Assembly (NCBI GenBank): GCA_025351245.1
Contig: JANXWH010000152.1
Coordinates: forward strand, 8,824-72,823
Reading direction: 5' to 3'
From: Chloroflexota bacterium
GTDB taxonomy: Bacteria; Chloroflexota; Limnocylindria; Limnocylindrales; CSP1-4
Length of the DNA: 64,000 nt
The translations under genes and the position numbers were made by a program. Under the pieces are notes generated by a model. That model was not told the DNA's origin, ran no database searches, and saw only the letters and a program-made list of their open reading frames with translations. Below are positions 57,040 to 64,000 of this stretch, in pieces. The stretch's first letter is position 1, and each line of letters starts with the position of its first letter.

Positions 57040-58482
57040 ATGGCCGACGTCCTGACCGAATCCTTCTGCGAGCGATGCGGCACGCGATACACGTTCGAAG
57101 CGACCGCGCCGCACCGCCGGGGCACCGGACGGATCCGCACGCTCACCCGGGGCGTGAGGAACTTCGTCGCGAACGACGACGCCTCGTTTGCCGAGGCGAT
57201 GGCTGCCGCGCGCGAAGACGACACGCGGAGCGCGTCCTCGCAGCAGCTGGACGCGTTCCACCTTACGTTCAACTTCTGCATGACCTGCCGCCAGTACACT
57301 TGCCGCAACTGCTGGAACAGCGGCGTCGGGGAATGCCTCTCATGCGCTCCCGACCTCAGCCTGGAGGTCTTGCCGGCCCCGTTCCCGGACCTGGCGGTCG
57401 TCGGGCCGGACAGGCATGTCTCGACATTCCCGGATCCAGCCCACCCGAACGTGGCGGCGTCGGCTTGGCCGACCTCCGACCGCCGACCCGTCCCTGAGGC
57501 TGCGAGGGTCGGGGCCGCGGGTCCGCCCGCGGCGGAGCCCATCGACGAGACGGAAAACCACGCGGCAGCTCCCGAGACGGCGATCGAGCTGTCGTCCCTG
57601 GAGCTGGCCGCCATCCAGAGCGCCCTCACCCGCCACGTCGGCCGGCCCGACCATGGGCCTGCTGCGGCGCCCGCAAAGCGCGACGAGCCGGCTGGTCTCG
57701 GGGCTGCAGAGGTCCCGCACGCAGCCGTCGAGGCGGGTCCGATCATAGTTCAGCCCGGCGCCACGCCGGAACCCGTCGTTGGCGCGCGCGTCCAGACGCG
57801 GCGCCTCCTGCAGCGGTTCCGCCCAAGAAGGGATCGCGCCACGCCGCTCGCGACGCCGACGGCCTCGACTGGTCCTACCGAAGATGCCGTCGCGGTCGAA
57901 CCGGCCGCCGCAGCCGTCGCGGTCGCAGCGCCCGAGCCGCCCACCGTGGCACCCGAGGTCGCGGCCGTCGCGGTCGCAGCGCCCGAGCCGCCCTCCGTGG
58001 CACCCGAGGTCGCGGTCGTCGCGGTCGCAGCGCCCGAGCCGCCCTCCGTGGCACCCGAGGTCGCGGCCGTCGCGGTCGAACCGGCCGTCGCGGTCGCGGC
58101 CGTCGCAGCAACCCCGGAGCCCCCGCCGGCACCGGCGTCGGCAGCGCTGCCGACCGATATCGCGGTGCAGCCGATCTGGCGCATGGTCGCCCCGGACGGC
58201 GCCCCTCCCAGCGAGCCGCAGTCGGCGCCACCCGCCTGGGCCACGCCGGGAAGCGTCACCCGCCGGGCGGCGGACGCGATGCCATCTGCCACGTGGGCGG
58301 CGCGGGTCGCCACCGCACGGCCCCTCGAGTCGCCGGTCTGGGCTGCCTCGAGTCGCGACATCCTCGCCGCCGAAGCGCCGGGCGCCGCCGGACCGGTCGG
58401 GATCCAGTCGTGCGTCAGTTGCGGCCTGTCGCTCTCCGCCAACGCGCGCTTCTGCCGCCGCTGCGGAACCCGCCAGGGATGA
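57040..58482 (+). CDS. hypothetical protein with N- and C-terminal zinc-ribbon motifs and A/P/V/E-rich tandem repeats
   Basis: N-terminal CERCG...CMTCRQYTCRNC...CLSC and C-terminal CVSCG...CRRCG. The central region is low-complexity with 17-aa repeats. ATG at 57040 within a longer track ORF. Confidence 0.6.
   Translation: MADVLTESFCERCGTRYTFEATAPHRRGTGRIRTLTRGVRNFVANDDASFAEAMAAAREDDTRSASSQQLDAFHLTFNFCMTCRQYTCRNCWNSGVGECLSCAPDLSLEVLPAPFPDLAVVGPDRHVSTFPDPAHPNVAASAWPTSDRRPVPEAARVGAAGPPAAEPIDETENHAAAPETAIELSSLELAAIQSALTRHVGRPDHGPAAAPAKRDEPAGLGAAEVPHAAVEAGPIIVQPGATPEPVVGARVQTRRLLQRFRPRRDRATPLATPTASTGPTEDAVAVEPAAAAVAVAAPEPPTVAPEVAAVAVAAPEPPSVAPEVAVVAVAAPEPPSVAPEVAAVAVEPAVAVAAVAATPEPPPAPASAALPTDIAVQPIWRMVAPDGAPPSEPQSAPPAWATPGSVTRRAADAMPSATWAARVATARPLESPVWAASSRDILAAEAPGAAGPVGIQSCVSCGLSLSANARFCRRCGTRQG
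57910..58062 (+). repeat. three head-to-tail 51-bp (17-codon) repeats, with partial copies flanking
   Basis: The units are 57910-57960, 57961-58011 and 58012-58062, differing at a few positions. They encode AAVAVAAPEPP(S/T)VAPEV. Related partial units occur at about 57885 and 58063-58110. Confidence 0.85.
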
Positions 58483-58527
58483 AGGCAGGGGCCGCGGGCG
58501 CCAGGGCGTACCGGGCGTCCCTGGTCG

Positions 58528-59424
58528 TCAGGCCGTGGCCAATGGCGGCGCACTGGCTCGGGCCGACCGCTGGTCCGCGCGCACCGCGACCCAGGCTGCC
58601 CCAAGCAGGAACAGCTGGGTGACGTACGAGAGCCAGACCAGGCCCAGGAAGATCCCCGCGAACGCGCCATAGAGGTCCGCGGAGCCGAAGAGCACGGGCC
58701 CGGCGAGGGCGAAGGCACCGGTCAGGACGGACGCACCGAGACCGACCCAGGCAGCGGGGACGATCGCATCGCGCCAGCCGGGCCGCGACCGCGGCAGGAA
58801 TCGAAACGCCAGGGCGAAGACCGCGGCGAGCGGCAGGACGGACGTGAAACGCAGTCCAGCCAGGCCGAGCAGCTCGGAGAGCGGCCCGGGAACCGTTGCG
58901 AGCACGACGATCAGCCCGAGCCCAACCACGGCAATCGCGACCACCAGCACCGCGCCGACGGTCCGGAGCAGTGTCCCGCCATTCCCGGCCTCGCGAAACA
59001 GGATGCCGAACGCGCCGTCGAGGTCGCGCACGAGCCCGCTTGCAGACCAGGCGAGGATCGCCGCGCCGATCAGGGAGAACGCGCCGGCGTGGGCCAGGGC
59101 GGTGTCGAGGGCGCCGCTCAGCAGGTCGGCGAGCGGCGGAAACTGCGCCGCCAGGAATGCCGCGATCCGGGCACGCGTCTCGAGGTCGCCGACGGCGAGC
59201 GTCGCGATCGAGGCGATCAACAGGAGCGCCGGAACCAGCGTGAAGACCGCAGTGAACGCCAGGCCGCGGGCGAGGAGCGGCCCGCTCGACGCGCCGTACC
59301 GAAACAAGACGCGGTGCGCCATCGCGATCCGGGGGACGCCGAGGAGTGCCGCAACGAGCGGTTCGACGCGCGCCCTGATCCGGCGCGTGAGGCTCGGCCG
59401 CTGCGTGGCGGCCGGTCCGGTCAA
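58528..59424 (-). CDS. YihY/BrkB family membrane protein
   Basis: A six-TM sequence with YihY-like N-terminal ARGLAFTAVFTLVPALLL and C-terminal LVWLSYVTQLFLLGA. I propose the TTG at 59424, which overlaps the upstream stop; the start is uncertain. Confidence 0.7.
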   Translation of the reverse strand: MTGPAATQRPSLTRRIRARVEPLVAALLGVPRIAMAHRVLFRYGASSGPLLARGLAFTAVFTLVPALLLIASIATLAVGDLETRARIAAFLAAQFPPLADLLSGALDTALAHAGAFSLIGAAILAWSASGLVRDLDGAFGILFREAGNGGTLLRTVGAVLVVAIAVVGLGLIVVLATVPGPLSELLGLAGLRFTSVLPLAAVFALAFRFLPRSRPGWRDAIVPAAWVGLGASVLTGAFALAGPVLFGSADLYGAFAGIFLGLVWLSYVTQLFLLGAAWVAVRADQRSARASAPPLATA

Positions 59425-59657
59425 AGGTCCTCGAAAAGCCGCGGCTGGACGTCCTCGGCGGCGACGCGTCGGCGCGGCCGGAGCAGCGCCCGGACTTCGA
59501 CCCGCCGGACATACCGGCGACCGCCCAGCTTGAGCGTCTGGAGGCGGCCGTCTCGCGCCCACCTGCCGATGGTCTCGGGGCGGAAACGGACGTTCGCGTC
59601 GCCGAGGATCTGGCCGGCCTCCGCGAGCGTTATCCAATCCGAAGGCGGACGGCTCAT
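59421..59657 (-). CDS. small excisionase/MerR-type HTH DNA-binding protein (BldC-like architecture)
   Basis: 78 aa. ITLAEAGQILG...ETIGRWARDGRLQTLKLGGRRYVRRVEVRALL matches the excisionase-family HTH pattern. Confidence 0.7.
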   Translation of the reverse strand: MSRPPSDWITLAEAGQILGDANVRFRPETIGRWARDGRLQTLKLGGRRYVRRVEVRALLRPRRRVAAEDVQPRLFEDL

Positions 59658-59664
59658 CGAGGTC

Positions 59665-60024
59665 TCATCGGTCCGCGTCGGGTGGGGTCGACTTCGCCGG
59701 CGTCACGGTGCTGGCCGAGGACGGGGCGTCGGCGTCGGCGCTCGTTTTCGGCGATTCGGCTGGCGTCCCGGACCCGCCGGCCGGTGAGGATTCCGGCGAC
59801 CCCGACGCGGGCGCCCCGGCGTCGGCCCGGCGCGCTGGCGCGCTCGTCGCCCGGCGGTCCGTCTTGGCCCAACCGCTGCCCTTGAAATGGATCGTCGGCG
59901 GGACGAACGCCCGCGCGACCGGCCCGCCGCACTCGGGGCACTGGTGCGGCCCGGCCTCGTTGATCCCGCGGAAGACCTCGAATCGATGGCCGCAGGATCC
60001 GCACACGTAGTCGTAGATTGGCAC
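59665..60024 (-). CDS. FmdB-family zinc-ribbon protein with disordered C-terminus (Ruc-like)
   Basis: N-terminal MPIYDYVCGSCGHRFE...HQCPECGG (CxxC...CxxC) is followed by about 70 aa rich in A/S/P/G/D. Confidence 0.75.
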   Translation of the reverse strand: MPIYDYVCGSCGHRFEVFRGINEAGPHQCPECGGPVARAFVPPTIHFKGSGWAKTDRRATSAPARRADAGAPASGSPESSPAGGSGTPAESPKTSADADAPSSASTVTPAKSTPPDADR

Positions 60025-60048
60025 CTGGTCTCCCGTTCCCGGATCGGT

Positions 60049-60786
60049 TCAGCCGCGCAGGAGCCGCATGCCGCACTTCGGGCAATAGAAGGCCCGCTCG
60101 TGGGCGGAAGCGAATCCGCAATGCGCGCAGACGAGGCCGCCCCGGCCAGCCGCCGGGACCGGCCGGTCCAATGGCACCACCCCCATCGCGTACTGGCTGG
60201 CGAGGATGTTCTGGAATAGGCCACTCAGGAGCCGCGCGGCGATCCTGTCCGTGTCGCCGCGGACGCCGCGGCCGCCCCAGCCGACCACGGCCCGAACCAG
60301 CATGTCGCCGGTGCCCTCGTCCCAGTGCGAGGCCACGCCGCCCACGACCGCGTTGTACTCCGGGAAGCCGGAGGTGTCGATCTCGCCGTTGAGGAGAGCA
60401 CAGGCGACCGTGTCGAAGGCGAGGTCGATGGCGTCGATCGATTCCAGGACGTAGATGGCGTGGCGCCCGATCGGCGAGTGGCCGTGGTGGGCGTTCACCC
60501 ACTGCATCGCCTCAGACGACCGAACGATCTGTGGGCTGGCCTGGCTGAACTCGATCGGGAGCGGGTCGATCACCTCGATCTCGCTGGATACGAGGCCGGC
60601 CAGCATCGTCGGGAGCTCGGCCATGGCGCGAGGCCCGGCCTTCAGGCGGACGCCCTCGCTGCTCTTGCCCGCATAGTAGAGCTTGAGAAGATACTCCTGG
60701 GCGGAGGTCTCTTCCGGGATGGCGGCGGGCGTCGGAACGGGCCGGTCATCGTCCCGTCCCCGACGCTTGAGGAACTCGAGCGGCAC
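60049..60786 (-). CDS. hypothetical protein with C-terminal zinc ribbon
   Basis: A 245-codon sub-ORF whose GTG at 60786 is preceded by GGGAGG. The C-terminus is CAHCG...CPKCG. It has balanced, non-shadow amino-acid composition, and no family is recognised. Confidence 0.5.
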   Translation of the reverse strand: MPLEFLKRRGRDDDRPVPTPAAIPEETSAQEYLLKLYYAGKSSEGVRLKAGPRAMAELPTMLAGLVSSEIEVIDPLPIEFSQASPQIVRSSEAMQWVNAHHGHSPIGRHAIYVLESIDAIDLAFDTVACALLNGEIDTSGFPEYNAVVGGVASHWDEGTGDMLVRAVVGWGGRGVRGDTDRIAARLLSGLFQNILASQYAMGVVPLDRPVPAAGRGGLVCAHCGFASAHERAFYCPKCGMRLLRG

Positions 60787-60839
60787 GGAACCTCCCTCGG
60801 CGTGGCGTGGACGTAATCCTACCAGCGGCAGCGGCAGGA

Positions 60840-61901
60840 TCACCGTTCGCCCGGACGCCCAGGTCCGCCCGGTCGCGCGCGGGGAGGGACGATCTCGAGA
60901 TCGAGCCGCTCCGCGACGAGGACGGCGGCACCCGCGAGCCCCACATCGGCCCCCAGCGCGGCAGGCACGATCCGCGCGCGTCGTCCGGGCACCGTAAACG
61001 CCTCTCGCGCCACCGTGGCACGAGCCGGGTCCAGCCAGCGATCCCCCTGTCCCGCGGCGAGCGCCCCTCCGACGACGATGAGCGCCGGGTTGAAGACGTC
61101 GACCAGGCCGACGCACGCCCTGGCGAACGCCTCGCGAGCGTCGGCCATGATGGACGCCGCGACCGGGTCGCCGGCCGTCTCGGCCTCCGCGACCTCGCGC
61201 GCCCCGAATGCAGGCCCGCGTTCGAGCGCCAGCCGTGCCAGGGGCTCGCTCTCCCCGGCGTCGATCTTCCGCCGGGCCGCGCGCGCGATGGCCGATCCGG
61301 AGGCGATCGCCTCGAGGTGGCCCACCGCGCCACAGCCGCAGGGCGGTCCGTGGCGATCGACCAGGAGGTGGCCCAGCTCGCCGGCCGTGCCGTCCGGGCC
61401 ACGGAGCAGGTTTCCACCGCTCACGATCGCGCCGCCGATCCCCGTAGAGACCGTCAGGTAGAGGTAGTCGGCGCATCCCCGGGCAGCCCCGAATGCGCCC
61501 TCGCCGAGCGCCGCCACCTGCGTGTCCCGGTCGAGGAACGCCGGGAGCCCGAGGCTCGCCAGGGCACGCTCCGCAAGCGGGATGTCGTGGAACGAGGAGC
61601 CCAGGTTTGGCGGATCGATGACGCGCCCGCGAATCGGATCCACCGGCCCGGGCGCGGCAATTCCAATCCCGACGAGCAGGGTCGAACCGCCCGCGGCGTC
61701 GTGGGCGTCACGGCAGGCCCCCAGCGCGTCGAGACACGCCTGCACGATCGCCTCGCCGCCGCCCTCAACCGGGGTGCGGGATGAACGCCGGGTCACGACG
61801 GTTCCGTCGCCGCGGACAACGGCGGCACGGACCTGGGTGCCCCCGAGGTCCAGGGCGAGGACTGCCCAGTCGACACCGGCCTGGGTTCGGGTCGCGTTCA
61901 C
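60840..61901 (-). CDS. ROK-family sugar kinase (glucokinase-like)
   Basis: ATP-binding LDLGGTQ and the ROK zinc motif CGCGAVGHLE. The GTG at 61901 overlaps the valS stop (GTGA). The remainder of the 885-aa track ORF is a shadow of valS. Confidence 0.8.
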   Translation of the reverse strand: MNATRTQAGVDWAVLALDLGGTQVRAAVVRGDGTVVTRRSSRTPVEGGGEAIVQACLDALGACRDAHDAAGGSTLLVGIGIAAPGPVDPIRGRVIDPPNLGSSFHDIPLAERALASLGLPAFLDRDTQVAALGEGAFGAARGCADYLYLTVSTGIGGAIVSGGNLLRGPDGTAGELGHLLVDRHGPPCGCGAVGHLEAIASGSAIARAARRKIDAGESEPLARLALERGPAFGAREVAEAETAGDPVAASIMADAREAFARACVGLVDVFNPALIVVGGALAAGQGDRWLDPARATVAREAFTVPGRRARIVPAALGADVGLAGAAVLVAERLDLEIVPPRARPGGPGRPGER

Positions 61902-64000
61902 GCCGACCTCCGCGCGCGGAGCCTGGCCACCAGCGCGGCGAGCTCGGCCTCCCGCGTCCGCACCCCCTCCACCACGGCCGGGGGTGCCTTCGCCGTGAAG
62001 CGGCCGTCGGCGAGCCGCGTCCGCGCCGCGCCCAGCTGCCCCTCCGCGTCGGCGAGCTCCTTCTGCAGGCGAGCGCGGTCCCGCGCCGCGGTCTCGTCGT
62101 CGCGATGAACCACCGGCCGCACGACTGCCTCGATCTCGCCCGAGACGACCGCGAGCCCGCCGGCCGCGTCCGCGTGGATGAGCGCCGCGCCGACGACCGC
62201 GAGCGGCCGCGCTCGCACGAGCCGCTCCAGCGCGGGCCGGAGCGCCGCGAAGGCAGGCTCCAGGCGAGCGGGGAGCGCGACGTCCACCGGGAGCCAGGCT
62301 GCCGGATCGAGCTTCGCCTCGGAGCGTGCATTCCGGATGACGCCCACAAGGTCCAGGATGGCGCCCGTCTCGGCTTCGGCAGCCGCGTCCACCACGCCAG
62401 GAGCCGGCCAGTCCGCCACGATCAGGAGCGCCGGATCCCCCGGCGCCTTCGGCATGTGGGCCCAGATTGCCTCCGTCAGGAACGGCATCACGGGATGCAG
62501 GAGCCGGAGGTACGTGTCGAGGGCCTCCACGAGCGTCCACCACGTGGCTTCGCGGTCGGCCGCCGAGAGCGCCTCGTCGGCGAGCCGCACCTTGGCAAGC
62601 TCCAGGGCCCAGTCGCAGTACTCGCCCCAGATCGAGTCGTACAGGACGCGGGTGAGCTCGCCGAAGGAGAACTCGGCGAACGCCCGGTCGGCGGACGCGA
62701 CTGCCGCGGCCACCCGGCTCCGGAGCCAGCGCTCGGCGGGCCCGAGACGGGCGGGGTCGGGCGTCGCGCGCGGCGCGTCGGCGGCGATCGTGGCCGGCCG
62801 CGCGCCCAGCACGAACCGGGCCGCATTCCAGAGCTTGTTCGCGAAGTTCCGGGCGTTCTCCAGCTTCTCTGCGCTGAACTTCTGGTCGTTGCCGGGGGCC
62901 ACCCCATGGATGAGGGCGAAGCGGAGCGCGTCGGCGCCGGACTCGTCGATCGCCTCCAGCGGGTCGACGACGTTGCCCTTGGTCTTCGACATCTTCTGGC
63001 CGTACGGGTCGCGCACGAGGCCCGAGAGGTAGACGACCTCGAACGGGGCATCGCCCATGAAGTGGATGCCCAGCATCATCATCCGGGCGACCCAGAAGAA
63101 GATGATGTCGTGGCCGGTCTCCATGACCGTGCCCGGGTAGAAGCGGGCGAGGTCCGACGTCGGCTCCGGCCAGCCCAGGGTGGAGAACGGCCAGAGGCCG
63201 GAGCTGAACCAGGTGTCGAAGATGTCGGGATCCTGGATGAGATCGGCCGGCGGCCGTCCGCACGCGTCGCACGCGCCCGGCCCGTCCACGTCCGCGGTCA
63301 CAGTGATGTGCCCGTCGGGGCAGTACCAGGCCGGGATCCGGTGACCCCACCAGAGCTGCCGGCTCACGTTCCAGTCGCGGATCTCGGTGAGCCAGTGCTC
63401 CCAGACCTTCTCGAAGCGCTCCGGCAGGATGGCGGTCCGCCGTCCACGCGTAGCGGCCAGCGCGGCCTCGGCCAGGGGCTTCGTCCGCACGAACCACTGG
63501 GTCTTGAGACGGGGCTCCACGGCGTCATGGCTGCGCTGGCAGCGCCCGACGACCATCTCGTGGGGCGTGCTTGCGACGAGGTCTCCTGCGGCTTCCAGGT
63601 CGGCGAGGATGCGCTGCCGCGCGGCGTACCGCTCGAGACCTGCGTAGTGGCCGCCGGCCGCCGAGACGTGGCCGGCATCGTCCATCACGTCCACGAAGGG
63701 GAGGTCGTGGCGCTGGCCGGTGGCGTAGTCGTCGTGGTCGTGAGCCGGCGTGATCTTCACCGCTCCGGTCCCGAAGGCCCGGTCCACGACGGAGTCCGCG
63801 ATGATCGGGACGTCGCGCTCCACGAACGGGATGCGGACTCGCCGCCCGACCAACGCGGCGTAGCGCGGGTCGTCCGGATGGACCGCGACGCCGGTGTCAC
63901 CGAGGATCGTCTCGGGGCGGGTGGTCGCCACGCTGATCGTGGTCGCGGGATCCGGGACGCCGGTTGCCTCGTCCAGCACGTGGTAGCGAACCGTCCAGAG
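61898..64000 (-). CDS. valS: valyl-tRNA synthetase, C-terminal ~700 codons (5' end beyond window)
   Basis: KMSKTKGN (the KMSKS motif), an anticodon-binding region and a C-terminal coiled coil. The reading frame stays open to position 64000 (LWTVRYHV...). Confidence 0.95.
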   Translation of the reverse strand, partial: LWTVRYHVLDEATGVPDPATTISVATTRPETILGDTGVAVHPDDPRYAALVGRRVRIPFVERDVPIIADSVVDRAFGTGAVKITPAHDHDDYATGQRHDLPFVDVMDDAGHVSAAGGHYAGLERYAARQRILADLEAAGDLVASTPHEMVVGRCQRSHDAVEPRLKTQWFVRTKPLAEAALAATRGRRTAILPERFEKVWEHWLTEIRDWNVSRQLWWGHRIPAWYCPDGHITVTADVDGPGACDACGRPPADLIQDPDIFDTWFSSGLWPFSTLGWPEPTSDLARFYPGTVMETGHDIIFFWVARMMMLGIHFMGDAPFEVVYLSGLVRDPYGQKMSKTKGNVVDPLEAIDESGADALRFALIHGVAPGNDQKFSAEKLENARNFANKLWNAARFVLGARPATIAADAPRATPDPARLGPAERWLRSRVAAAVASADRAFAEFSFGELTRVLYDSIWGEYCDWALELAKVRLADEALSAADREATWWTLVEALDTYLRLLHPVMPFLTEAIWAHMPKAPGDPALLIVADWPAPGVVDAAAEAETGAILDLVGVIRNARSEAKLDPAAWLPVDVALPARLEPAFAALRPALERLVRARPLAVVGAALIHADAAGGLAVVSGEIEAVVRPVVHRDDETAARDRARLQKELADAEGQLGAARTRLADGRFTAKAPPAVVEGVRTREAELAALVARLRARRSA

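Noticed and set aside
57885-58110. Possible CRISPR-like array, because of regularly repeated sequence
   Set aside because: The 51-bp units are directly head-to-tail with no spacers. They are in frame within a CDS, are multiples of three in length, and no cas genes are present.
60025-60839. Heat-shock operators (CIRCE or HAIR) near the Ruc-like gene cluster
   Set aside because: I found no match to TTAGCACTC-N9-GAGTGCTAA or CTTGAGT-N7-ACTCAAG. The closest, CTTGAGGAACTCGAG at about 60766, lies inside the coding region and has the wrong spacing.
60840-63497. 885-aa minus-strand ORF that appears to be one large protein
   Set aside because: Only the last 353 codons (ROK kinase, starting at the GTG at 61901) look like real protein. 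The upstream part is an alternative frame of valS with R/G/P-rich composition.

Overview
Visibly very GC-rich, gene-dense chromosomal segment. The gene content looks actinobacterial: an FhaA-FhaB-RodA-PbpA block, MoxR-DUF58-transglutaminase, a DUF2342 metalloprotease, DUF4446 and a Ruc/FmdB-type zinc ribbon. I support about 55 CDS, one tRNA (CAU anticodon) and a few repeats or regulatory candidates. Most long ORFs in the six-frame track are R/A/G/P-rich antisense or out-of-frame shadows of real genes, and I rejected them. Main blocks are listed below.
- (1) trpB2, thpR, ppa, a DnaB-C-domain-only ATPase, an M20 peptidase, ftsH and tRNA-CAU.
- (2) A minus-strand myo-inositol catabolic cluster (7.8-19.6 kb): iolD, iolE, a sugar ABC transporter, two tandem IolG-like dehydrogenases, an in-frame LacI::IolB fusion ORF and a translationally coupled transaldolase-family gene. 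A LacI-type palindrome lies upstream of iolD.
- (3) An ftsB-like gene, an MrfA/MrfB-like helicase-exonuclease pair and a class-V PLP enzyme.
- (4) An operon of CpaE-like ATPase, murI, DUF2342 protease, 2-hydroxyacid dehydrogenase, ychF and pfkB.
- (5) Methyltransferase, agmatinase-family enzyme, peptidases, a UvrD-type helicase with a Cas4-like nuclease, and rarA.
- (6) vapBC beside an unexplained roughly 370-bp non-coding stretch.
- (7) An operon of AGXT-type aminotransferase, serA and a histidine phosphatase.
- (8) MoxR/DUF58/transglutaminase directly downstream of fhaA-fhaB-rodA-pbpA, which lacks pstP and pknA/B.
- (9) A divergent double-zinc-ribbon protein with 51-bp tandem repeats, then a cluster of unknown protein, Ruc-like protein, BldC-like HTH and YihY, then ROK kinase and the 3' part of valS.
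I see no clear mobile element, CRISPR array or canonical defence island. The most unusual items are the LacI::IolB fusion with its non-canonical iol cluster, the kinase/phosphatase-less FHA cell-wall operon, the zinc-ribbon gene cluster, and the orphan DnaB-C ATPase. All calls rest on reading motifs by eye; no searches were run.
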